Shown: positions 45,220 to 56,159, counted from the stretch's first letter. The stretch is 64,000 nucleotides of DNA from a virus (IMGVR_UViG_3300002026_000008:1-64000), one strand, 5' to 3'. Program-made: numbers and translations. Notes: generated by a model from the letters alone, not told the origin.

Positions 45220-45671
45220 TTATTGATTTTAATCCAAAGATTTTTGGAAATTGATGGCGCGACAGTGTCATTGATGATTTGAGAAACGATATCCCAATCA
45301 CCACCTCCTAAGGAGCAACCAATAAGAGGAAAATGAACAGATTTATTCAGATCCAAAGCTAGATTATTAACAGCTTCGAAACAGTCATACATGGCATCAT
45401 AGCTAACATATTGTTTGCCGTCTCTGCCGTAGAACTCTTGTGTAAGAGCATTAACAACCGTTAAATTTATCGTTAATGGCACCGGTATAATGGTGCCTAA
45501 TTTTAAACCAAATCGTCTATGCTCATAAAAATATGTTTCATAAACGATTGGCCATTTTTGACGTACTGCAAGAGCTACGCCTGAACCCATTTTGCCCTGA
45601 CAATTACACCCATGAACGATGATCCCATCGGTCACAGATAAAAGATCACCGTTATGAGTAATAATAGTCAT
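45216..45671 (-). CDS. Macrodomain (ADP-ribose processing) protein
   Basis: GDLL...IVHGCNCQGKMGSGVA; FPLIGCSLGGGDW. Confidence 0.9.
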   Translation of the reverse strand: MTIITHNGDLLSVTDGIIVHGCNCQGKMGSGVALAVRQKWPIVYETYFYEHRRFGLKLGTIIPVPLTINLTVVNALTQEFYGRDGKQYVSYDAMYDCFEAVNNLALDLNKSVHFPLIGCSLGGGDWDIVSQIINDTVAPSISKNLWIKINK

Positions 45672-46144
45672 TCTGCGTTATGCTGTGAAACTAACATAAA
45701 TGTGATATGACGGACACGTGACTCGAGTGCTCTGTTGGCATTTTTTATAGCTTTAAGCTTACTACACATCATATTTAATTCATCATACTGCTTAAAACCA
45801 ATAGGTCGCCTGTTAGTATTCTTATTAGCTTTGATGCTTTCTATAACATTATCAACCAATGATATTGCTCTATCGTAGTAAATGGTGCCGTCTGGTCGCG
45901 GTATGAAAATATTTTCGGCAGGATATTTATCTGCACGACCATTTAAAACATCCCGCGCGATTTCGAATGAGAAATTTTGGGTGTCAGGACAAATAGTATA
46001 ATGATATGTCAACATACCGAGTTCTTGATCGATATGGAATAAAAATGAAATACCACCACATGGAGACTCTTCAATTCGTGCATGAGTATCATCAAATTGT
46101 TTCAGTCGAACGTGTCGAAATGTATGCACGATTTCATTGCTCAT
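45668..46144 (-). CDS. hypothetical protein
   Basis: ICPDTQNFSFEIAR; coupled. Confidence 0.65.
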   Translation of the reverse strand: MSNEIVHTFRHVRLKQFDDTHARIEESPCGGISFLFHIDQELGMLTYHYTICPDTQNFSFEIARDVLNGRADKYPAENIFIPRPDGTIYYDRAISLVDNVIESIKANKNTNRRPIGFKQYDELNMMCSKLKAIKNANRALESRVRHITFMLVSQHNAE

Positions 46145-46610
46145 TTGTAACTCCTATTTCCATCATAATTTTTTGTTGTTTGCATAACAGGGTATTGAGA
46201 GTTGTCGTGCAATTGTGGATTTCCTCACCAAATGCTTCTTCAATAGCATGCAAGTCATCAAGGGTTATAGCAGAATATGCAACATCTGGTGATATCGTTG
46301 GTTGTCTGGTAATAACTACACCAAGAATGTCAAGTTTGTCACCAAAATGTCTATTCCACCAGATATGAATCTCACGAGCATCTTTGATAAAACTAATTGT
46401 CGGATGATCACCAAAAGTCGAACGACCGCGACGACGCAAATCGGTCCAAATCAGAGCAGATGATTGGCATTTATGATAAGGCACATACCCGGTTGTTTGT
46501 TGCACATTACACAATGATAAATGCATTTTCAACACGAGTGAACTGATAACATTCTTCATTACCAAATCATCAATTTTTAGTGCATCATCATATTGTTTCT
46601 TTTTTGCCAT
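46134..46610 (-). CDS. hypothetical protein
   Basis: GGAG RBS. Confidence 0.65.
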   Translation of the reverse strand: MAKKKQYDDALKIDDLVMKNVISSLVLKMHLSLCNVQQTTGYVPYHKCQSSALIWTDLRRRGRSTFGDHPTISFIKDAREIHIWWNRHFGDKLDILGVVITRQPTISPDVAYSAITLDDLHAIEEAFGEEIHNCTTTLNTLLCKQQKIMMEIGVTNEQ

Positions 46611-46611
46611 A

Positions 46612-47349
46612 TCAGTCTCCGTCGTTTAAAGAATTAATAAAAGTCCCATCTAAATGCTTAGGCTTATTTTTAAGATACATTGTTGCATATTTTTTGTTTT
46701 CTGAATTTAAGCGCCATCGCAATGTTGTATATTTCACACCTATTGCTATTGCCGCTAACAGTATATCACTATATTCTACATTATCAATAATAGTAATAAG
46801 TGAATTAACAGGTTTTTGTAAAATAAACGTTTGCTTTAAAGTTAAACTCATCTGTTTTCGTGACTTATCAGAATGTTTTTTACCATAAAATGCATTCTTT
46901 TCACCTATTCTCGTTTTTGCATATTGGCTTATTTTATATCTATGCTCATTTGAAAGTTTTCTACCCTTCTGTGGACCATAACCAGTTTCATCTTTAATCT
47001 TTTTACAAGCAGCTACCATAGCATCAATAACGTGTTTAGGTCTTGGTTTTTTATAATTACCATTAATAATTCCGTACATTGCTCCACCAACTGCATTATT
47101 TTTAAGATTATATGACATTAAATTATTAACTGCATCTAATTGCATTAATATTTTTTCTTCCTCAGCTCTGTAATTATTACCGATATACATTATTTCTCTA
47201 ACAAAATTATCAATTCCATATTTGTTAATTGCATATCTAAACATCTTGCCAGAACCGATATACCCGTCATCAATATTACCGCTATGAGAACCGATATACC
47301 AACAACCAGTCACGGTATTTGTCCATTTATACACAAAACCGACGTCCAT
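46612..47349 (-). mobile_element. Seg-like GIY-YIG homing endonuclease downstream of thyA (start probably MDVGFVY)
   Basis: GFVYKWTNTVTGCWYIGSH...YIGSG; NAFYGKKHSDKSRKQMS. Confidence 0.88.
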
Positions 47350-47401
47350 AAGTTTCTCCAATAAACGATTATTGAAGTATTTATAGGACGTCCTTTTAAT
47401 A

Positions 47402-48298
47402 TCATACGGCAACCGGTAATTTAATGAATGGATGAGAAACATAACCAATTATATTAAAATCATCTATAGAATATCTATCAATGTCAGTATTGACAGTATT
47501 GATGATTAATTTGCAATCACATTCAATAGGTGTTAATTGACATATATGTTTTGCTGCTTCGATATGATTGAGATAGATATGAGCATCGCCGTAATTTATC
47601 TTTAAATACCGAGGTTTTAAGTTTGTTGCACGAGCAATAAGATGTGTCAGTAATGCATATTGTGCTATATTAAATGGTAATCCTAACATAGTGTCTGATG
47701 ATCTAATGTTAAGCATTAGATCAAGGTGACCGTCATTGGAAACATAGCATTGAAAATCCCGATGACACGGTGGTAATGCCATTTCTTCGAGATATGCAGG
47801 ATTCCAGGCAGTTACAATCAATCGACGGTCGCGTGGACGTGTCTTAATACGGGTAATCAATTCAGCTAGTTGATCAATTTCGATGACAGTCAATGAAATA
47901 TTCTCATGGTCTAAAGCTGTTCTATGATACAGACTATTAGTAGGATTTCGTTTAGATAACGGTTTATTTTCTGGATTATTGATTACAAACTTTTTCCAAT
48001 GACGCCATTGAACACCATAGATTGGGCCTACATCACCATTTTCTTGTGCCCAATCATTCCAAATGTTAACACCATGTTCTTTCAATTTGGTGATATTTCC
48101 AATGCCTTCAATGAAGAATAGCATTTCTTCAAAGGATGATTCCCATTTGGTCTTCTTAAGAGTTACCAATGGAAAACGTTCGCGCAAATCAAATTCTACC
48201 TGACCACCGAAAATGGACAGCGTGCCGACACCAGTACGATCTTCACGCTTCTCGCCATATGTTAGAATCTTTTCAAGCAATTCGTAATACTGTTTCAT
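47402..48298 (-). CDS. thyA: Thymidylate synthase (start MKQY)
   Basis: DRTGVGT, GPIYGVQWR, RRLIV, ALPPCH, RSSD..LGLPFN, GDAHIYLNH. Confidence 0.96.
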   Translation of the reverse strand: MKQYYELLEKILTYGEKREDRTGVGTLSIFGGQVEFDLRERFPLVTLKKTKWESSFEEMLFFIEGIGNITKLKEHGVNIWNDWAQENGDVGPIYGVQWRHWKKFVINNPENKPLSKRNPTNSLYHRTALDHENISLTVIEIDQLAELITRIKTRPRDRRLIVTAWNPAYLEEMALPPCHRDFQCYVSNDGHLDLMLNIRSSDTMLGLPFNIAQYALLTHLIARATNLKPRYLKINYGDAHIYLNHIEAAKHICQLTPIECDCKLIINTVNTDIDRYSIDDFNIIGYVSHPFIKLPVAV

Positions 48299-48537
48299 TT
48301 TAGTTGACTCCAAATACTCTTAATGTGAAAAAATCTACCTAACGGTGATATTGCAATAGGTAAAGCTAAAACAACGCAATAAATCATTTGAAGACCCAGT
48401 AATATACTTGCATCGTTCTTAATGAAAAATACCTGAACAAAACCAGCAATTAAATAAACTAATGACACCCAAAACATCCAACAAGGGGCTGTTCTAGCAA
48501 ACAGGGGTATGGTTTTTCCAAAAAGTTTAATTTTCAT
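48295..48537 (-). CDS. small membrane protein
   Basis: Two hydrophobic helices, coupled. Confidence 0.6.
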   Translation of the reverse strand: MKIKLFGKTIPLFARTAPCWMFWVSLVYLIAGFVQVFFIKNDASILLGLQMIYCVVLALPIAISPLGRFFHIKSIWSQLK

Positions 48538-48962
48538 ATCACATTCGATTTCAAGTTATATTTAATATCACAGATATACCATTTATCATCAGGAATAAAT
48601 CGCTTCACTGTCTTAATGATATGGTCACTCTCACACAAAATTTCAATAAGCAACTTATTAGGGTGGTATGTCACTAATAAGTTATCGTGTTCAATCAATC
48701 CTTGATTCATCAAGTAATTCTTTAAATCTATGCTGTGTTCTTTTACAATAGATGGTAACATTCGAGGATCATATTGCTCAATAGACGATGGTACTCCAAT
48801 GGTCACAGATGATACTTTTACTACTTGTTCTGTTCCTTCTTCAGATGTTAAAATTCCATCTTTTTCAGATAATACCTTAATACCTGCAACATCTGCGGTA
48901 TCGCCGGAAATAATGTAAGACCGTTTAATAGTTTGTATCGTATCAACGATAAATGTTGGCAT
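48534..48962 (-). CDS. hypothetical protein
   Basis: Coupled. Confidence 0.6.
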   Translation of the reverse strand: MPTFIVDTIQTIKRSYIISGDTADVAGIKVLSEKDGILTSEEGTEQVVKVSSVTIGVPSSIEQYDPRMLPSIVKEHSIDLKNYLMNQGLIEHDNLLVTYHPNKLLIEILCESDHIIKTVKRFIPDDKWYICDIKYNLKSNVI

Positions 48963-49494
48963 TTAATTCTTTCACCCAATTATCAAAAAGCATTGTTAAA
49001 AATGACTGTGCAAAATTTCCTATACCTAAAGCAGTTTTCTCACTGTTTCCTGCTACATTCAATACACGTATTTTTTGTGTAACGAGAAAATGAGTCATTT
49101 CCGTAATAGCTCTAGTCGTTGTAAAATAGACACCATGTTGTTGGTATACCTGTATTTGCACATTCGGTTTATTGTGTTTACGTACTAATCGTGTTGTCAG
49201 TGTTTCACCAGCAGAAGAAAAATCAAAAGCTATCTGCATTGTTGCATCACTATTTACTATATTCATTTCCGTTCTTACTGGATATCCTTTATCATCACTC
49301 TGCTGCACATTAAATCGCTTTGCAATCTGTGGTTTATAACCATCAAGAGTCTTAAATCCAAATGGAGCCATACCACCAGTAGCAATACCAACCGTTTCTG
49401 CTGCATATAATGCCGCTTGATCTACACCATTTTGCATACCACTTATTACTTTAAGTGGTACCAAAGGCTCATCCTCGAAGACTAATAAACTCAT
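48943..49494 (-). CDS. SLOG-superfamily (putative molybdenum carrier-like) protein
   Basis: ISGMQNGVDQAAL...GGMAPFGF; RTEMNIVNSDAT; LNVAGN. Confidence 0.85.
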   Translation of the reverse strand: MSLLVFEDEPLVPLKVISGMQNGVDQAALYAAETVGIATGGMAPFGFKTLDGYKPQIAKRFNVQQSDDKGYPVRTEMNIVNSDATMQIAFDFSSAGETLTTRLVRKHNKPNVQIQVYQQHGVYFTTTRAITEMTHFLVTQKIRVLNVAGNSEKTALGIGNFAQSFLTMLFDNWVKELNANIYR

Positions 49495-49509
49495 AGCTTA
49501 TATATCATA

Positions 49510-49716
49510 TTAAGAAGATGCCGGCATATCACCAGTGTGTACGGCGTTATGCTCATATCGCCAGTTAGCAGGTCGTTGTGATGGCCATGCAAGTAAAGGA
49601 CACCCAAGCCATAATAACCATTCGCAGTTAACATCACCTTCTTTCCATGCAGACATAAAATCATCTGTCATAGCTGATCTCATCTTACTCCGCATACTTA
49701 TCCCAATCATCACCAA
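49510..49716 (-). CDS. hypothetical protein
   Basis: In operon; start uncertain. Confidence 0.45.
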   Translation of the reverse strand: MVMIGISMRSKMRSAMTDDFMSAWKEGDVNCEWLLWLGCPLLAWPSQRPANWRYEHNAVHTGDMPASS

Positions 49717-50305
49717 AATTATTCTTCAACTTTGCAAGATATGCGTCAGTCTTAATCTTCACCATCCAAACCATTCCGCGAGTATCAACACCCTTACACA
49801 CCATACCCTCATCAACATCATATTTTCCTGCTCTAACTTCGTCGATAAGTTGCTGGTTGAGATTACCATCATACATAACCTCTGGTGCAAATGACTCAGT
49901 GCCGAACATCTTCAAGAATAATCGAGGTAGTATAAGACCTTTACGAGGAATATGCACATCAAATAGCACTAACCGTTTCGCTTCTTCTGCATCGTGATTA
50001 CCAGCAAAGCTGCTTTTTCCAAAAAATTCAGTGTATACGATAAAATCTTGAATACCTTTATATTCGGTCGTAATTGTTTTTTCTATGCTAGGACCGATAT
50101 CATTTAGAAAGATCGGAATAGCTTGATTGTACGGTGCTTCATCTGCGCCGAAAAGCCTATGTCGCGTTCCGAATTTGTACCATCCCTTTTTTCTACTCCA
50201 CTCCCAACGCAAGTTTGAGCCATCATATTTGTAAAAGCCGATGCATGGTTCACCTAAAGGAATTTTTCTGTCTTTAGAACCAGGAATAGATGGATATGCT
50301 TTCAA
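49685..50305 (-). CDS. Stand-alone RNA ligase 2-like adenylation domain
   Basis: KYDGSN (I), TEFFG (III), LFDV (IIIa), EGMVCK (IV), VKIK (V). Confidence 0.8.
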   Translation of the reverse strand: MKAYPSIPGSKDRKIPLGEPCIGFYKYDGSNLRWEWSRKKGWYKFGTRHRLFGADEAPYNQAIPIFLNDIGPSIEKTITTEYKGIQDFIVYTEFFGKSSFAGNHDAEEAKRLVLFDVHIPRKGLILPRLFLKMFGTESFAPEVMYDGNLNQQLIDEVRAGKYDVDEGMVCKGVDTRGMVWMVKIKTDAYLAKLKNNFGDDWDKYAE

Positions 50306-50408
50306 TTAAAATACCTTATAGTGAGAACAACTACAACCAGAATAATAATTGAGTAACAAACAACTTTACTAGCCCATATTAAACGAGGTTTTTCAATAAT
50401 CATAATGG

Positions 50409-51806
50409 CTATGCAATTCCATCAATTGCGAGTTCTTTAAGTTCAAGTTGATACATTGCTTTTGGTGTAAGCTTCTTGAGACGCTTCAGTTCATTTTCAA
50501 CAGCAATGATTTCTTTTTCAAGCTTTTTGATTTCATCGTGAGTCAATGACCAAATGCTCATACTGAGAAGTCGCGACGGATCAGTGAACTTTTCTGCTTC
50601 TAGCAAATCGATCAGAATTTTCTTACCACTGTTTTTAAACTTGTCAGTATTTGCCAGATAGAACAAAATAAACCGAAGTTTTTCATTCAACCAAACGAGT
50701 TCTTTTTCGTTAATGTCGATCAGCTTAATGCGACGTTCTTCATAACGCTCAAGACGCCATTCAATGAACCTATCAATCATATCCTGTACAGTATCAAACT
50801 TGCGCATTTTACCATTGACATCCCATAGTGTGAGATTTTCAGTATCACGACTGATGAGTTTCAATTTTTGCATAAGCTCGTCTTCTGGAAGAGCAGTAGT
50901 GCTACGTGGAACAGATAGAAGAAAATCAAATTGCTTTTCTGTTGAACTATCTTCCCAAGAGCGGATAAAACCGGCATCTTCAAGTTTGATCAATTGAGCA
51001 ATATAGTCATCAAGGTATGTACCAATCGGTAGCTCAGTGACACGAATAGTAACTGAATTTACAATTTCGAATTTGCCTTTGATGACAGTTTGCTTTTCAA
51101 CTCGATCGACAGTACCGTTAAAACCATTGTACCATGGCACAAGTGGAGCGGCTTCTTTATTCTGAAGACGAAGTTGAATGTTATCACGAAGTTGTAGTGG
51201 ATGATAACTCATAATTGAACAGGCAAAGCCTGTACCCGTTCCGCTACCACCATTCACCAAAACCATTGGCAAAATTGGCATATACGTTTCAGGCTCAATT
51301 TGCATTCCATCAGAATCAAAATGCTTGAGAATATGATCATCATCTTTCTTGAAGAGTCTACGAAATGCAGATGTGAGTTCAGTGAAGATGTATCGTGGAG
51401 CAGCAGCTTCAGGTGATAGTCGGCTACCAAATTGACCATTAGGTGCGAGCAAATTTACATTGTTGCTTCCTGCAAAATTTTGTGCAAGACCAACAAGAGT
51501 TGACATCAGAGAACCTTCACCATGATGGTAATCACTAACCTGTGCGACATAACTACCAGCTTGCTGTACTTTGATTTCAGCTGCATTTTCACCACGTTTA
51601 ACAAGTGCAAAAAGACATTTACGCTGTGATGTTTTCAGTCCATCAGACAGACGAGGGATAGATCGTTCATTGTCATAAACGGAGAACTGTTTGAAATCAT
51701 TTTCGAAGAAATCGCGAACACGAACATTTGCGGTTGTTTTCATGTTCGTATTTGTGGTTGGTACTACTACTTGCTTTGCCATTGCTATCCCTTTGGTTTT
51801 ATTCAT
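50409..51806 (-). CDS. DNA topoisomerase II medium subunit (gp52/GyrA-like)
   Basis: DGLKTSQRK, YHHG, active-site AAPRY. Confidence 0.95.
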   Translation of the reverse strand: MNKTKGIAMAKQVVVPTTNTNMKTTANVRVRDFFENDFKQFSVYDNERSIPRLSDGLKTSQRKCLFALVKRGENAAEIKVQQAGSYVAQVSDYHHGEGSLMSTLVGLAQNFAGSNNVNLLAPNGQFGSRLSPEAAAPRYIFTELTSAFRRLFKKDDDHILKHFDSDGMQIEPETYMPILPMVLVNGGSGTGTGFACSIMSYHPLQLRDNIQLRLQNKEAAPLVPWYNGFNGTVDRVEKQTVIKGKFEIVNSVTIRVTELPIGTYLDDYIAQLIKLEDAGFIRSWEDSSTEKQFDFLLSVPRSTTALPEDELMQKLKLISRDTENLTLWDVNGKMRKFDTVQDMIDRFIEWRLERYEERRIKLIDINEKELVWLNEKLRFILFYLANTDKFKNSGKKILIDLLEAEKFTDPSRLLSMSIWSLTHDEIKKLEKEIIAVENELKRLKKLTPKAMYQLELKELAIDGIA

Positions 51807-51812
51807 ATGATA

Positions 51813-51841
51813 ATTGTATCATTAAATCAACAGAAAGTAAA
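51813..51841 (-). promoter_or_regulatory. sigma70-like promoter
   Basis: TTTACT-N17-TACAAT with TG. Confidence 0.75.
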
Positions 51842-51863
51842 CAACTTTTTTCTATTTTTATTG

Positions 51864-52106
51864 TTATTCATACACTTTATGACATTTACATTCTGCATTG
51901 ATATCATATCCATGCTGTTGCCAGACAATAGTCGTACCAAGAATAGCAGCTACTTCATAAGCATCATACTGTTGACCACAAAGAGTACAGTATTTTCGGA
52001 ATGGATTAAATTCATCACGTATAAAACGTACAGATGGTCTAAATGTCACAACTAAAAACCAAATTAAACAAGCTAGTATTGTGAATCCAACTATATAGTT
52101 GCTCAT
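51864..52106 (-). CDS. membrane-anchored Cys-containing hypothetical protein
   Basis: N-terminal TM; CTLCG. Confidence 0.6.
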   Translation of the reverse strand: MSNYIVGFTILACLIWFLVVTFRPSVRFIRDEFNPFRKYCTLCGQQYDAYEVAAILGTTIVWQQHGYDINAECKCHKVYE

Positions 52107-52127
52107 CAGTTACTCCAAGGTCATCAA

Positions 52128-52586
52128 TTAAACTTTTACTAAATAACTGTCACTAAACCAAAAAGTATGACGCTCATTAGCTTCAACCAATATTGGTTCT
52201 CCACCTGCTGTAGCATAATAACTTTCATTGTAAAATGCCACACTAAACACTAAACAATTAGCTTTTACACTAACATCAATGTGCTGAACAATTGCAGATG
52301 CGCCCTTCACAAGAAAATGTTTACTATGTTCCCACCCCGGCGATGTTGAAAAATCAGGAGTTTTTGTGAGTACAACAACATCGCCGATTTGAAATGGTGA
52401 ATATTTTGTAACTAACAAAGAGTATGCCGTAGTCAGAAGCTCAACATAATGGGACATGGGACCACGATCAAATCGTGACATTATCTGTTTCAAATCCTTA
52501 AAATTTGCAACGACCTCGTCCATATTACCATTAACATCTTTCAGATTTGTAGGATCATCATTCTCATCTATAAATATAAGCTTCAT
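52128..52586 (-). CDS. hypothetical protein
   Basis: AAGGAG RBS. Confidence 0.7.
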   Translation of the reverse strand: MKLIFIDENDDPTNLKDVNGNMDEVVANFKDLKQIMSRFDRGPMSHYVELLTTAYSLLVTKYSPFQIGDVVVLTKTPDFSTSPGWEHSKHFLVKGASAIVQHIDVSVKANCLVFSVAFYNESYYATAGGEPILVEANERHTFWFSDSYLVKV

Positions 52587-52630
52587 TATAACTCCTTTAT
52601 CAATTGATTCATTATATCATAAATCATAAG

Positions 52631-53203
52631 TTAATGATACTCTTTTATAAATTTAGATATTATCTTTTCATCATCACCATTTTCATGGTACTCTGGTAAC
52701 AACAACAATGACAGTAGAACCCATCCACTGTTAAGATACCATAATGCGAAACCGATCAGGACCAAATAAAAAATGCCCTTAATACAAAACCAAGAATAAT
52801 TTGTCATATTTCCTCTACTTAGAATATTGACGAGGAAGCTGTGCAGAATAATTTGGACAGGCTTCACATGGTTGCATAGGTTGTGTACAAGAACATTCTG
52901 CACAAGACATCCAAAAAATTTTCATAATTTCTCCAACTTATGAATCTCCGGTAATAAATCTTCTACGCCTAATATTTCTAATCCCGCTTTTACCGTGATC
53001 AGCCGCTGTTGCATTAAATTAAGAACAGGACCAAAAATTTCTGCATTATGTAATTCAACGATGTGCTCTGCTATTTCTTTTCCTACATTAAAAGCTATAG
53101 CCTGACGAACCAATAATTCACCGGTATGAACTTTTATTTTAAATTCATCCTGTGTGAAAATTGATCCGTCAACAGCTACCCATAATCCTTTTAATCCTCC
53201 CAT
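52631..53203 (-). CDS. two small hypothetical ORFs (52631-about 52807 membrane; 52922-53203)
   Basis: GAGG RBS for each. Confidence 0.55.
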
Positions 53204-53410
53204 ATTTCCTCACATAAATCACACAGCCCAAAAATCATTCCACATTAACACGAGCGCCTTATCATTAAACTTTTTAGGATATGTTTTTAACTCAGACATT
53301 CCATGTTGTTGAAGAATATACAATAAGGTTTGTGTGTAATATGCCTCTATATAAATGTTGGTAAATAACAATTGCGAGCGTTCTTGAATAGGCGTCATTA
53401 CAGCAGGTCC

Positions 53411-53659
53411 TTAAAATCGTGAATCAAAATCATCGCTGCGCTTACCAGCGATCTGTTTACTTATAGTTGAAATTTGTTCAATGGTTAAATAGAGTTGGCA
53501 GGCTAAACTCCATTTTAGCGCTTCGATTGTTTCTTTATCTCTACCAAGATAATCAGATTTTACATGGATATGGCGTTTATGTAGAGTAATATGTTTTTCT
53601 GCACGCTTCGTAATATCGAAATGTGTTTTTTGCCTAACCCCTTCTTGCATAGTCATCAT
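53411..53659 (-). CDS. hypothetical protein
   Basis: AAGGA RBS. Confidence 0.6.
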   Translation of the reverse strand: MMTMQEGVRQKTHFDITKRAEKHITLHKRHIHVKSDYLGRDKETIEALKWSLACQLYLTIEQISTISKQIAGKRSDDFDSRF

Positions 53660-53827
53660 AATATCCTTAAAGTAAAAAAAGAGTTATACTAACAAATTTC
53701 TATTTTTTATGGGTATCATAACTTGTATCATAACTTAATGGCACCTCATTATTGTGTGGTCAAGATATTATTATAATAACATATGCACATTAAGCGGTAC
53801 ATAGATTCTAAACTTATTTTCAGCTAT

Positions 53828-55049
53828 TTAGTTTTCGCCATAAACTAAGGTAACAGTTTCATACCGATCATCATTGATGTCAGTGTCACGAGCACGAGCA
53901 GTATCCAATAACCGTTTCACCATAATCATAAATTCTTTGAGTGATTTGGGCATTACTGTTTCTGTAGAACAGCACAATGCCCATCGATCGAAGTCTGCAT
54001 AAGTATCACCAACCTCAAACATATTATTACAATCTACTCGCCAGTTACGGCCATGACCAACAAGATAGAACCAGTTGTGTTGTTGTTGACTATCTTTACA
54101 ACGAGGTTTTAATCCAGCTTTTTGACACCAGTGTCGAAACTGCTTCGGCAACTTTACTTCTGTAGTCATCTTATTCTCCAGTATTAACAAATATCGCGGG
54201 CTAAATTTAAAAATCGAATATACTTTTTGTCAGGACTATCAGTATAATACCATTGCTGTGTTGCAACCGTATATTCAGAGCCCATATTATTTGGAATCAT
54301 CGCTTCACAATAACGAGAAACGGGTTGATGATCGTATATGACACCTGTTTCAGTGTGAACTAACGTGACATAGATAGTTTTAGTCGGTGTCCATGCTGTT
54401 AGTTTAAAACGCTCATATGCGACAGGCATATTCACAACAGGTCGGTTTGTTGGTTCAATATTATTGTACCAAGCTAATCCTAGTGCAATAGACAATGGTG
54501 CATAAATGATAGCAATGATAAGCCATATTGAATACTTTACTTTGTCTATTTTTAGTAGAGATATTAAGTCTATGATTTTGGGGTCATAAAAACGAGCAAT
54601 AGGAGTAGCACCCGTTAATGCTAACATAATTACACCATAGGTAAGACCACCGGTAATAGCCGAAGTGAACATAATAATCAGTATCGATACCAAAAATGTT
54701 AGTATCCCATCAAATACCTGGTAATAAGATGCAATTATGGAGGATATCACAGAAAATTACCTCTAATGAGTTCAGCGATTCGTTTTTTCAACTGAGCATT
54801 TTCATCTTCAAGTTGTTTAATACGAATAAATGTAGGGTCTTGTGAATTATCAAAACAGATTTCACATTCAACACCAGGATATTGACCAGACTCTACTGTA
54901 CAATCAGGAGCACAATATTTGCATCCATGTATTTTACAGCAGCGTCTGTCGTGAACATCTGCAAATTCGCGCATTATTTTTCCTTGGTTTTTATGAAGGG
55001 ACCAATAATACACGCTAGGGCAAAAAGAATCAATACCCAGTAGCTCCAA
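53828..55049 (-). CDS. three coupled hypothetical ORFs (53828-54190, 54184-54750 membrane, 54747-55049 Cys-rich)
   Basis: Overlapping stop/start; CCKIHGCKYC in the third. Confidence 0.6.
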
Positions 55050-55265
55050 ATAAAACTGATTATATCTAGCAGTATCATTATCTAACTCTCGGGTTATTGA
55101 ATAAAATACACTTTTTTCTCATTGACATAGCATTCAAAAATCGTCGATGTGATGTTCGTGTTATTCTAAATGTCCATACTTTTTGCCGGCCATAACCCAA
55201 CCAATGATTACGAATAGATTGTTGCATCGTTTCTTATCACGTTTCATTGGTCTACCGATCAAGAA

Positions 55266-55808
55266 TCAATACAAAGTATCTGGCTTACCGAGACGTTGAA
55301 GTTTGCGCTTCGAGCGGTCGATCAGCACATCGATATCTGTAGGATCAGATACACTATTTACCGATACCGTAGGAAGAAAAACGGTATTGATAATAGTTGC
55401 ATACTTGAACATATCACCATTACGCACCTCGATTGAATTACTTGGGTGCTGATCCTTAATACGCACTTGTTCACGATTGATACGTGTTACTTTGGTTGCA
55501 CGGCGCTTGATGCTCTTGATTTCACCGATGATAATATTCGTCATCAGGTTAAAGGTGAGCTGATCAATACCAAGCGGCGCAATATCAATATCCTTTACCT
55601 TCATCGATAAAGCATCAACAATAAAGTACAATGTTTTGACAGTGATAATGTCTGCAACATTAGCATCAACCGCCTGCGTCAAAATCTGTCGTGCACTGTT
55701 GATGAAGGCTGACACCTTGCGAATTTCCTTAGTGTTGCTTCGCACATTCAAGTGCTCAACCAGGTAGATTGCTGCAGGGGTCTTACCGAAAGTAAATTTG
55801 TCTAACAT
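55266..55808 (-). CDS. hypothetical protein
   Basis: GAGG RBS, 180 aa. Confidence 0.7.
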   Translation of the reverse strand: MLDKFTFGKTPAAIYLVEHLNVRSNTKEIRKVSAFINSARQILTQAVDANVADIITVKTLYFIVDALSMKVKDIDIAPLGIDQLTFNLMTNIIIGEIKSIKRRATKVTRINREQVRIKDQHPSNSIEVRNGDMFKYATIINTVFLPTVSVNSVSDPTDIDVLIDRSKRKLQRLGKPDTLY

Positions 55809-55920
55809 TTTATCCTCACTTTATTTTAATTGCTGATATCACATTATGCCGTACACATCAGCGTCATCCGAAAAAATTAGCTTATAGGTACTATTAACAA
55901 AAACGGCATTAAACGGTACA

Positions 55921-56148
55921 CTATTCATCAGTATCCACTAAACCTGGCTGCGGCGTCCAGTTTTGTATTTGACCACATTCGAGACAGTATTTCAATTGGA
56001 TGTAATCACTGCCACAAGACAGACCGATCCCATCTGGAATACCATCAACATGCCCAACATTTGTGTCAAGCTGACAGGCAGAAAACAAATCACCGCATTT
56101 GCCGCTGATTTGAATAATACGTTCACTCTTACATTGTGAACAGTTCAT
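55921..56148 (-). CDS. Zn-ribbon protein
   Basis: CSQCKS...YCLECGQIQ. Confidence 0.7.
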   Translation of the reverse strand: MNCSQCKSERIIQISGKCGDLFSACQLDTNVGHVDGIPDGIGLSCGSDYIQLKYCLECGQIQNWTPQPGLVDTDE

Positions 56149-56159
56149 TTCATTATCCT

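Noticed and set aside
47402-48313. thyA as a base-modifying (dCMP hydroxymethylase-like) enzyme
   Set aside because: It keeps the dUMP-specifying Asn (LGLPFN) and all canonical ThyA motifs.
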